Of a stretch of 60,706 nucleotides of DNA, positions 28,663-36,956 are shown one piece after another; within the stretch, counting starts at the first letter, position 1, and each line of letters opens with the position of its first letter. This DNA comes from an uncultured Bacteroidia bacterium (GTDB lineage Bacteria; Bacteroidota; Bacteroidia; J057; CALDDN01). The DNA lies in assembly GCA_937936615.1 (NCBI GenBank), contig CALDDN010000015.1, positions 1-60,706 of the forward strand. Reading direction: 5' to 3'. A model generated the notes under the pieces. The model was not told where the DNA came from, ran no database searches, and was given only the letters and a program-made list of their open reading frames with translations. The position numbers and the translations under genes are program-made.

Positions 28663-29559
28663 TCAAGCATTGAGGCTGGAAATGGATTCGACTTGGGCTT
28701 GCGGAGCGATGCGCTTGACTAGCCCCTGCAGGACTTTTCCGGGGCCTGCTTCCACGAAATGGATCGCACCGTCGGCCACCATCTGCTGGATGCTTTGCGT
28801 CCAGCGCACCGGTGCCGTCAGTTGCTCGGTCAACCGCTGGCGGATGATATCAGGATCGGTCGTAGGGCAGGCACTGACGTTTTGGTAAACTGGGAACTGG
28901 GCCGGGGCAAAGGGGGTACGGGCAATGGCTGCCGCAAGTCGTTGCTGGGCTGGCTCCATCAGGGGTGAATGGAATGCTCCATTGACCTGCAGGAGCTTCG
29001 CCAGGCGTGCTCCCTGAGCCTTGGCCCGTTCGACTGCAGCTTCGACGGCTGCGGTGGTCCCCGAAATGACAAGCTGGCCCGGAGCATTGTAATTGGCGGG
29101 CACTACCACACCTTCGATCTCGGCACAAAGAGCCTCGACTTGGGCATCCTCCAGCCCGACGATTGCGGCCATGGTACTGGGCTGGGCATCGCAGGCGGCC
29201 TGCATGGCGGCAGCCCGCTCGGCCACCAGCCGTAAACCATCTTCAAAACTAAAGACGCCCGCCACAGCCAGGGCCGAAAACTCACCCAGTGAATGGCCTG
29301 CAGCCATCTGCGCCCGATCAGCCAGACCCAGCACCTGAGCCAGAATCACCGAATGTACATAAATAGCGGGCTGTGTAACCGAAGTACGCGTCAGGTCGTC
29401 GGCACTACCCGAAAACATGATTTCGGAAAGTGAAAAACCGAGCAGGCGGTCGGCCTCAGCAAAACGGGCACGAGCCACCTCCGAGGCAATAAACAGGTCG
29501 TGGCCCATGCCGCTGTATTGAGAGCCTTGGCCGGGAAAAAGCAGCGCAGTTTTAGTCAT
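28663..29559 (-). CDS. fabD: Malonyl-CoA:ACP transacylase
   Basis: FPGQGSQ, GHSLGE, GAFHS, GPGKVL. Confidence 0.96.
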   Translation of the reverse strand: MTKTALLFPGQGSQYSGMGHDLFIASEVARARFAEADRLLGFSLSEIMFSGSADDLTRTSVTQPAIYVHSVILAQVLGLADRAQMAAGHSLGEFSALAVAGVFSFEDGLRLVAERAAAMQAACDAQPSTMAAIVGLEDAQVEALCAEIEGVVVPANYNAPGQLVISGTTAAVEAAVERAKAQGARLAKLLQVNGAFHSPLMEPAQQRLAAAIARTPFAPAQFPVYQNVSACPTTDPDIIRQRLTEQLTAPVRWTQSIQQMVADGAIHFVEAGPGKVLQGLVKRIAPQAQVESISSLNA

Positions 29560-29616
29560 TTCAAGGCTAATCTACGAAAAAGCCAGCCAACGGGCTGTAC
29601 AGAACGTGCCACCCGT

Positions 29617-30453
29617 TCAGCCAGACACCTCCTGAACGAACACCTGTTGCTGTTCCCGTTCAAAGTTCCGCCAAACCTGGCGATCCATCCACGCTGGAGC
29701 AAGCCAGTTGAGCCAGCGTGTCAGAATCCCTTCGGCAGTAAGCACCAAGTAGCGTTTACCCTGCTGTTGGGCACGGTAGATGCGCTGGGCCACGGCTTCG
29801 GCGGTCATCATGCGGCTTTCGTCGCGGGGCGACTCGCCCTGGGGACTACCATCAGCCGAAAGGGCCACCTGCCGGATGTTCGACTGCGTGAAGCCCGGAC
29901 AGGCGATGAGCACGTGCACCCCCGTGGGCAGCAGCTCGGTACGCAGGCTTTCGAGAAATCCTTGCAGGGCAAATTTCGAGGCAGAATAGCCCGTCCGGTA
30001 TGGAAGGCCCCGAAAGCCGGCAATCGATGAAACTCCTACAATCGAGCCGCGCGACCGAATCAACCATGGCAAGGCCTCGTGCGTGCAATAAACCGCTCCC
30101 CAGAAATTGACCTGCATAAGCCGCCCCAGCACCTGCACATCCACCTGAGCAAAGGGAGCGCGCATCGAAATACCGGCATTGTTAATCAGCAGATCGATCT
30201 GACCGAACTCGCCCGAAGCCTGCCGGATAAGGTGGCGACAATCGCCCTCGCGAGCAACGTCGGTAACTACCGGCAGCGTCCTGATGCTGTATTGCTGAGC
30301 CAGCTCACTGCTTAACCGTTCGAGGGGCTCACGCCTTCGGGCAGCAAGAACCAGGTGCCAGCCTGCGGCGGCATAGCGGCGGGCCAAGGCTTCCCCGATG
30401 CCGCTGCTGGCTCCGGTAATCACCGCCACAGGTACAGAAGCGAGTGTCTTCAT
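29617..30453 (-). CDS. SDR-family oxidoreductase
   Basis: TGASSGIG, NNAG, YSASK. Confidence 0.92.
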   Translation of the reverse strand: MKTLASVPVAVITGASSGIGEALARRYAAAGWHLVLAARRREPLERLSSELAQQYSIRTLPVVTDVAREGDCRHLIRQASGEFGQIDLLINNAGISMRAPFAQVDVQVLGRLMQVNFWGAVYCTHEALPWLIRSRGSIVGVSSIAGFRGLPYRTGYSASKFALQGFLESLRTELLPTGVHVLIACPGFTQSNIRQVALSADGSPQGESPRDESRMMTAEAVAQRIYRAQQQGKRYLVLTAEGILTRWLNWLAPAWMDRQVWRNFEREQQQVFVQEVSG

Positions 30454-30477
30454 GATTAAGAAAGGCCGGGGTACACT

Positions 30478-30852
30478 TCACTCACCCTCGTAGGCATGCT
30501 CAGCCAGCACGTCCAGTGGAATGTAATCCAAGGCTTTACGATGCGTCGATTCCAGCACCACAGGTGGCGCCACTCCTGCTTCCCAAGCCTCACGCCAGCG
30601 CAGTGCACACAGGCACCAGCGATCGCCGGCTTTCAAACCCGGAAACCGGAATTCAGGACGTGGAGTCTGCAGATCGTTTCCACGCGATCGGGTGAAAGAC
30701 AGAAACTCGTCTGTAACCACCGCACAGACCACATGCGAGCCGTGGTCCTGTTCATCGGTGCGACAGAAACCGTCGCGGTACCAGCCCGTCAGTGGATCGC
30801 TGCAACAAAGCTGCAGGGGCTGGCTGAGCACACTGAGTTCTGTATCTTTCAT
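30478..30852 (-). CDS. DUF2237-family protein
   Basis: DPLTGWYRDGFC, GSHVVCA, GNDL.TP, GDRWCLCA.RW; start at ATG 30852. Confidence 0.9.
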   Translation of the reverse strand: MKDTELSVLSQPLQLCCSDPLTGWYRDGFCRTDEQDHGSHVVCAVVTDEFLSFTRSRGNDLQTPRPEFRFPGLKAGDRWCLCALRWREAWEAGVAPPVVLESTHRKALDYIPLDVLAEHAYEGE

Positions 30853-31013
30853 GGCCGGTCTATTGTGATCTATTTCGGTATCTGGTAAAAATACGACGTT
30901 AAAGTTAAGATAAACGAGGGCAGTCAAGCCGCACAACGCAGCGACTGCCCTCCAGTTTGGGGAGTGGAATCGATCAACCATCATCCGGCTACTATCCCGA
31001 ACCCGTCAAGAAC

Positions 31014-32300
31014 CTAAATAATTCGGAGGCCAAGGCTGAAGCTGCGCAGACTGGGGGCACCCGAAACGCTTTCAAACAGCTCGCTCAAACCGTAGTTCAC
31101 ATAAAGTTCGAACCAGCTGTAGCCGATGCGCCCGCCAATCCCGTATTGAAATCGGTCGAGGTTAAAATCGTCCCGAACACGCACCTTGCGATTACCCACT
31201 TCCCGCTGCTTGGTGTGGGCACTGAACATGTACGATACGTAGGGGCCGGCAGCAATACGGAACCCTTCGCGGGGTTTGCGCCGGTCCGAGGCGTACATCA
31301 GTTGCAAAGGCAGCTGCAGGTAGGTCATCGAGAGCTTGTTCCGGTCGAGGGGACGGTCGGGGTCGATGCGGTATACAAAATCAGGAGTTCGCGGTTCGAG
31401 GGTCAGCCGCTCCTGAAACTTGTAGTTCTGAAAGAGCAGATTGGCCGAGGTCAGCAGGTGCCACTTGCTACGGTGGCCCAACCGAATGCGCGTCGGAAAC
31501 AGCAGCAAGGTGTATTCGACTGAATTAGGCTGTTTCAGTTCCAGATCGTTGAGCTGGCCTGTCAAGTTGAAATTACCCTTGTGTGTCCAAGTGTTCAGCC
31601 CCAGGTTGAAGCCTGCCAACCCCGTGTTAACGGTCTTGTAATAGCGCGTCGAGTCAGGGATTTTGTCATCATCTTTCTGCTTCGGCCGAATGTCGTCGTC
31701 TTTATCAGTCTGATGCGAATCGGCGTGCGACTTGTTGATTCGAATGCTTGCACCGTGCTCGTCGATGTCTACCTGAAAAGTGGCTCCTTCGATGCTTTCT
31801 TTTGCAGGATAGCTGCGGGCTGTTTGCTCGAACAAATCAGCTGCCGAGCGCAGAATCTGCTGAGCTTCTGCATCCAACGTTCTGTCTGCCTTGAAACGCA
31901 ATTCGCGGGCTGCATCCTTAAGGGCTTTACCTATACCCGTGCGTATTTCAACCCAAATAACACCCTTTGTTTCAGATTCGTAGCGGCGAACTCCGACGCG
32001 GCGGCGAGCATTTGCCAGCGCGTTACGGGCATCCGAAAGGGCTTTAACACCTTCGGGCGTGTTGGCTGCCAGCTGATCAAGTTGCTGTTCGAGTACTCGG
32101 AAAAGCGAATCGACATCGAGAGGCAGCATATCCACGACTACTTCAACGCGTTCGCTGGGTGCCGAGCGGGAGGGGTGTTGAGTTTCGGGCTTACGCTTGC
32201 GGCGCGTTTCGTCAAGGTCCTGGGCCAGCAGGTGCCCCCCCAGCGAACAAAGCAAAGTCAGGGAAAGCAAAGCTTTCCAAATCAAGTATTTCATAATCAA
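31014..32300 (-). CDS. Outer-membrane beta-barrel protein with long N-terminal extension
   Basis: Signal peptide; helical/charged N-half; C-terminal barrel strands (YLQLPL, GFRIAAGPY, YGIGGRIGY, FSLGLRII). Confidence 0.7.
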   Translation of the reverse strand: MIMKYLIWKALLSLTLLCSLGGHLLAQDLDETRRKRKPETQHPSRSAPSERVEVVVDMLPLDVDSLFRVLEQQLDQLAANTPEGVKALSDARNALANARRRVGVRRYESETKGVIWVEIRTGIGKALKDAARELRFKADRTLDAEAQQILRSAADLFEQTARSYPAKESIEGATFQVDIDEHGASIRINKSHADSHQTDKDDDIRPKQKDDDKIPDSTRYYKTVNTGLAGFNLGLNTWTHKGNFNLTGQLNDLELKQPNSVEYTLLLFPTRIRLGHRSKWHLLTSANLLFQNYKFQERLTLEPRTPDFVYRIDPDRPLDRNKLSMTYLQLPLQLMYASDRRKPREGFRIAAGPYVSYMFSAHTKQREVGNRKVRVRDDFNLDRFQYGIGGRIGYSWFELYVNYGLSELFESVSGAPSLRSFSLGLRII

Positions 32301-32304
32301 TTAT

Positions 32305-33033
32305 TTATTGTGGATTGAGCAGTGAAATCGGTAAATCAGAACTGAGTCGGGGAACCTTCGTTTCGTGCGTGAGCGAAAACCAGGAAGTTTCATAGCGCAC
32401 GAACAGACGTTCGGAGTCGCTGTCGCCATGCCGCACCCGCGCAATTTGCAGGGCCTCTGCTGGTTTCCAGACCCGCCGAAGCTGCGCCAGCCAACGGGCC
32501 GGATACACATCCGTTGCAACAAGCGGTAACCCCTGCCAAACAACGGGTTGCACCTCGACAGGTGCGGTGATTTCAATGGGCAGTTCGTCCGCCAGATTCC
32601 GGCTCTCCAAAGCAAGGAGAACATCTGGCTGAGTTGATGGATCGACTGGCTCGCATCCGTCGGCTTGAGACATGATTTGTCCAGCAGGTCTTGGGACTGC
32701 CAACTCTTTTTTCAAAATAAAGGAAGTACCATGCACCGCGTCGATGGGTGAATCTGCAAGCGGTACCCGGCCCGTAAACGACGGCAAATCAGACGTTGGA
32801 AATTCAAATTGCGGCTGAGGAGGAGGCTCGGCAGCAGGTTGCAACGGCCAGTTCGACCACAGCAAAGCCAGAGAAAGCAGAAGGGCTGCTGCTGCCACGT
32901 AGGTCCATGAAAAAGACCGACGCCGGCTGCGCTGATACCGCGCCAAAATAACCGGAAAAGCATCGGCAGGCGGTTCCGGCTGCCAGTCAGCCAAAACTTT
33001 ACGGAAGTCGGAATCAGAAGGAGGCTTGTTCAT
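32305..33033 (-). CDS. Putative single-pass membrane anti-sigma factor
   Basis: Follows the ECF sigma gene by 5 bp; FRKVL...EPP...W..VAAAALLL pattern with one TM segment. Confidence 0.6.
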   Translation of the reverse strand: MNKPPSDSDFRKVLADWQPEPPADAFPVILARYQRSRRRSFSWTYVAAAALLLSLALLWSNWPLQPAAEPPPQPQFEFPTSDLPSFTGRVPLADSPIDAVHGTSFILKKELAVPRPAGQIMSQADGCEPVDPSTQPDVLLALESRNLADELPIEITAPVEVQPVVWQGLPLVATDVYPARWLAQLRRVWKPAEALQIARVRHGDSDSERLFVRYETSWFSLTHETKVPRLSSDLPISLLNPQ

Positions 33034-33038
33034 GGCTT

Positions 33039-33599
33039 TCAGAAAAACAAAGGTTGGAGGATCGTTTGCAGCTGCTTGCGGGCATAGGCCAATTGCGATT
33101 TGGACGTTCCTTCGGAAATATTCAGTTCAGCGGCTATTTCAGCGTGGCTGTAGCCTTCGATGACAAAAAGGTTGAAGACCAGGCGGCAGCGGTCGGGCAA
33201 GGACCGAATGGCAGCAGCCAACACTTCGGCATGCCCCTCGTCGGGAAGCACGCAGGGACCGACTTCCTCGGTCGATTCCCAGTCCGGTTCCGCGACCCGC
33301 AGAGCCAGTTCGGGGCGCAGGTTCCGGTAACGATCAATAGCTGTCCCGACGACGATCCGCCGAATCCAGCCCGCCAGCGAACCGGTTCCTCGCCAGTCGC
33401 CAATCCGACCAAATACTTTGACAAACGCATCCTGCAGTACGTCCTGGGCATCGGCTTCGCTTCGGCAGTAACGCAGGCACACCCCATACATCGTCCGGTA
33501 ATGCACCTCGTAAAGTTGCCGCAAGGCCCACTCTTCGCCACGTTGGCAGGCCGCCACCAAGGCATGGTCATCGAGCTTAACTTTGTTGCGGCGAAACAC
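33039..33599 (-). CDS. ECF RNA polymerase sigma factor
   Basis: AQDVLQDAF, WIRRI (region 2); EGYSHAEIA..L.ISEGTSKSQL (region 4). Confidence 0.93.
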   Translation of the reverse strand: MFRRNKVKLDDHALVAACQRGEEWALRQLYEVHYRTMYGVCLRYCRSEADAQDVLQDAFVKVFGRIGDWRGTGSLAGWIRRIVVGTAIDRYRNLRPELALRVAEPDWESTEEVGPCVLPDEGHAEVLAAAIRSLPDRCRLVFNLFVIEGYSHAEIAAELNISEGTSKSQLAYARKQLQTILQPLFF

Positions 33600-33686
33600 A
33601 GACTACAGGTATTGCGGAGATACTTCTACAAAATAGTCGGTGATAGAGGGCCTCGGGTTGTACGCCACTTTAACTTTTGTGAAAAC

Positions 33687-35192
33687 ATGATCGGTCTGCC
33701 TGCCTTGGCCCACTGGGCCGCCAAACAACCCCAAGCCGTAGCCATCACGGCCGGCGATGAATACATCACTTATGGCGATCTGCTCGACCGATGCCGTCGC
33801 TTGGCCAACAGGCTCAATCGGTATCTGCCTGCCGATGAGCGCATTCTGGGTGTAGCGATGAGCGACGGCATCGAATTCTACCTGGGAGTGCTGGCCTGCT
33901 GGATGACCGGAAGGGCCTATGTGCCGCTGCGCATGAGTGATCCGCCAGTCCGAAATGCGGGTATCATTCAGATGCTGGAAGTGCAAAGCATTTTTTCCCC
34001 GAAGGGCACAACAAATACCCTGAACAACTGGAGAGCTGTCCGGGTTATCGATACTCACGACCTGCCAACCGAGTCTCCCCTGCCCGACTGGCAACCGCTG
34101 GTTTCTGAAAACGACCTGGCCTATGTTCTGTTCACCTCGGGCAGCACCGGACAACCCAAAGGCGTTCCGATCAGCTGGGGCAATCTAAACGCTTTTTCAG
34201 AAGCGATTCTTGAAACGAATATTTATGATTTCAGCCCAAGCGATCGATTTTTACAGGCTTTCCAACCGACCTTTGATCTTTCTGTTTTTTCATTCTGGAT
34301 TCCCCTGCAGGCCGGAGCCAGCGTGCATGTAGTGCCTCAAACCGGTCAGGTAGCCTTCAATATCAGCTACGTACTGGAAGAAAAGCAGATCACCGTGGCT
34401 TTACTGACCCCTTCGGTGCTGGCCTATCTGCGTCCCTACTTTGCCGACCTGCAACTGCCTGCTCTGCGGCTGAGCCTGTTCTGTGGCGAAGCTCTGCCGC
34501 ACGAGCTGACGGCTGAATGGGCAGGCTGTGTGCCCCAAGCCCGCATCGAAAACGTGTACGGCCCCACCGAGGCTACCATTTTTTGCAGCCGCTACGTCTG
34601 GGAAGCCGATCGCTCAGCCCTTGAAAGCGCAGCTGGCATCGTACCCATTGGCACCGCTCTGCCAGGAATGACTCTGTGTATCGACTCGTCGGATGGCGAT
34701 ACAGGCGAGCTGTTACTGGCCGGGCCGCAGGTCTTCTCAGGCTACTGGCGGAACGATGAACGCACGCGGCAGGTACTGACTTTCACAGACACCGGCGAGC
34801 GCGTCTACCGGTCGGGCGACCGCTGCCGCCGCCTGACCAACGGCATTTTCCAGTACCTGGAACGGGTTGATTTTCAGATCAAAATCGACGGTTACCGCAT
34901 CGAATTAGGTGAAATTGAATACCACGCCCGCCGCCTGAACGGGGGTGAGCTTGCAGCTGCTGTTGTTTTGGATGCGCAACCCGTTCCCGTGCTGGCACTG
35001 CTGGTTCTGGGGAATCAAGAAGTGGCAGACCGACTGGCTGCTGAACTTAAATCTTGCCTTCCATTCTACATGCTTCCCCAAAAAATCATTGGCCTGGAAC
35101 ACTTCCCGCTGACGAGCAGCGGTAAAATCGACCGGCAGGCTTTGGCCGCACAGGCCCGTCAATCGATGGTAGGTGCACTGGGGCTGACCTGA
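33687..35192 (+). CDS. Stand-alone amino-acid adenylation enzyme, DltA-like
   Basis: YVLFTSGSTGQPKG, FDLSV, FCGE, NVYGPTE, YRSGD, QIKIDGYRIELGEIE, LTSSGKIDR; no carrier domain; start set at ATG 33687. Confidence 0.85.
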   Translation: MIGLPALAHWAAKQPQAVAITAGDEYITYGDLLDRCRRLANRLNRYLPADERILGVAMSDGIEFYLGVLACWMTGRAYVPLRMSDPPVRNAGIIQMLEVQSIFSPKGTTNTLNNWRAVRVIDTHDLPTESPLPDWQPLVSENDLAYVLFTSGSTGQPKGVPISWGNLNAFSEAILETNIYDFSPSDRFLQAFQPTFDLSVFSFWIPLQAGASVHVVPQTGQVAFNISYVLEEKQITVALLTPSVLAYLRPYFADLQLPALRLSLFCGEALPHELTAEWAGCVPQARIENVYGPTEATIFCSRYVWEADRSALESAAGIVPIGTALPGMTLCIDSSDGDTGELLLAGPQVFSGYWRNDERTRQVLTFTDTGERVYRSGDRCRRLTNGIFQYLERVDFQIKIDGYRIELGEIEYHARRLNGGELAAAVVLDAQPVPVLALLVLGNQEVADRLAAELKSCLPFYMLPQKIIGLEHFPLTSSGKIDRQALAAQARQSMVGALGLT

Positions 35193-35644
35193 ATACGATG
35201 CTGCGCCGTAACTGCCAGCACGTGCTGCGGGGTCAGAAGCAGCCAGTTATCCTCGAATTGCCCCAAATTAGCAGCTGTTACATCCGCAAGGACCCGCAGA
35301 CGCAACTTCGATTCAAAGACCATATCCAAATCGAAGCATTCGGATATGGAAACCGATTTCAGTCGATCTCCCAAAAGACCATTCAACTCTGAGGCGATGC
35401 GATCTTCGGGGTCATTCCAGCCGCAGCAAACTCGTTCACTGCGCGAAAGCCGCCACGATGCATGAGTTACAAACAAGCTGTGGGTGGCACGGTAGCGGCG
35501 CAAAGCGGCATCCTGTGCCTGACCAAATCCCAGCAGGAACATGGCCCCACGCAGATGACCGGCTGATACCTCACACACCCGCAAGGCCCTCAGCTGCTGC
35601 AAGGCTTCGCGCAGCCAGGCCGTTTCCAATGCAGACGAGGTCAT
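35159..35644 (-). CDS. Hypothetical protein
   Basis: 161-aa ORF filling the gap; SWRL...LLG.....V.....DL...F pattern; family not confidently recognised. Confidence 0.6.
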   Translation of the reverse strand: MTSSALETAWLREALQQLRALRVCEVSAGHLRGAMFLLGFGQAQDAALRRYRATHSLFVTHASWRLSRSERVCCGWNDPEDRIASELNGLLGDRLKSVSISECFDLDMVFESKLRLRVLADVTAANLGQFEDNWLLLTPQHVLAVTAQHRIQVSPSAPTID

Positions 35645-35666
35645 CGGGCTTTCTTAACTTGGCTGC

Positions 35667-36869
35667 ATGAAATTACGCAAATCAATCGGGGCTGCGGGGC
35701 TGAGCATCGCTCTGGCCGCCTGTTCGAATACATCCACACGGCAGCGGGTCGAGCGCAGCCCCAGCGGCGACACCCTCGAAGTACTGGAGGTGCTGGTTGC
35801 CGACAGCCTGACACGGCAGGGCATCAGCCGCCAGTACTACCCAGGCAGCAGGCAGCTCAAAACCGAGCTGCTTTTCGAGGGCGGGCGGCTGCTCGAAGTT
35901 ATGGCTGAGTATGAACCGGGTGGCCAAAAGCGCAGCGCTGGTTCCAGTCTGAAAGCAGGCACAGGCACCCTTAATCTCTACGACGATGCTGGCCAACTCG
36001 TTACTACCGTACCTTATGCAGGTGGCTGGCCTACCGGTCAGGCTGAACTCAGCAGGCAGGGACAGCCGACTGGTCAGCTGCGCTGGCGCAGCGGCCTGCT
36101 CATCGGGGTGGAACTGAATACAAATGCATTCGGCTTGGGCGGCAGCCTGAGCAGCTCGTCGGCCGACACGTCCGCACCAGCCAGCAGCCCGCAGGCTCCG
36201 ATCTCGGGCGTTGATCCGGCCTGGCTCGATCAGCTGGTTACCTGGATTGCAAAAGGCGATTATCAGGCTCTTTATAATGCCGGCTATAGCAAACTTAAAG
36301 TCAACCAAACGCAGGCCGATCAAGCGAAATATTTTAACTTCTGCAAGCAGCTCTATGGCGAGTTGACCAGCTGGAAACTTCAGGGCTATAACCTACAAAG
36401 TGCAGCCGGTCAGGGCGAAGGCTTGGAAGTATCCTATGAATGCAAATTTCGGTACACCCCCGCCCAGCTTTCCATGCTGTTAATTCGCGAAAACGGGCGG
36501 TTCCGACCAGCGGGCTACTCCTTTACGCTGCCGCCTTACACTCCCATTCTCCAAATCACGCGCATAGCCGATCCGGTTGTCTCGATGCTCAAGACGGGTG
36601 AGTTCCAGAAACTCTACGACCAAACGTCCAGCCGATTCAAGGAGCAGACCTCGTGGTCGCAGTTCGAGACGGCAGTCAAGCAGCTGCAGGCCCAAGGAAA
36701 CATCGAATCCTCCCAACTCCTCGAACATGAAGTTGGCCTCATCGATCACGCCATCGCTCTTTCAGTCGTTTACGAAGTCAAAATCGCAGCTAAAACCGCT
36801 TACCTGCAAATGACCTTCACTCAGAAGCCCGACGGCAGCTTTATCCTCGAAGGACTCAATATGCAGTAG
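35667..36869 (+). CDS. Lipoprotein with MORN/YwqK-like repeats and two DUF3887/DUF4019-like domains
   Basis: Lipobox LAAC; YYPG/YEPGG/YDDAG repeats; Ser-rich linker; duplicated G(D/E)(Y/F)Q.LY...S...K module. Confidence 0.65.
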   Translation: MKLRKSIGAAGLSIALAACSNTSTRQRVERSPSGDTLEVLEVLVADSLTRQGISRQYYPGSRQLKTELLFEGGRLLEVMAEYEPGGQKRSAGSSLKAGTGTLNLYDDAGQLVTTVPYAGGWPTGQAELSRQGQPTGQLRWRSGLLIGVELNTNAFGLGGSLSSSSADTSAPASSPQAPISGVDPAWLDQLVTWIAKGDYQALYNAGYSKLKVNQTQADQAKYFNFCKQLYGELTSWKLQGYNLQSAAGQGEGLEVSYECKFRYTPAQLSMLLIRENGRFRPAGYSFTLPPYTPILQITRIADPVVSMLKTGEFQKLYDQTSSRFKEQTSWSQFETAVKQLQAQGNIESSQLLEHEVGLIDHAIALSVVYEVKIAAKTAYLQMTFTQKPDGSFILEGLNMQ

Positions 36870-36906
36870 TCGTTTTTTTTTTTTTTGATCTGTTTGTAAA
36901 TAAAAA

Positions 36907-36933
36907 ACGGCCTGCCCCTTGGGGGCAGGCCGT
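36907..36933. terminator. Rho-independent terminator, probably bidirectional
   Basis: ACGGCCTGCCCC-TTG-GGGGCAGGCCGT with an A-run on the left (U-tract for the minus-strand gene) and AATCTTTT on the right; between convergent genes. Confidence 0.85.
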
Positions 36934-36956
36934 AATCTTTTGATAAATCCTGAAGA

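Noticed and set aside
33054-33686. N-terminal 211 aa of the 712-aa ORF, as a possible extra domain on the adenylation enzyme
   Set aside because: It is the antisense read-through of the ECF sigma gene; A-domain similarity begins at ATG 33687
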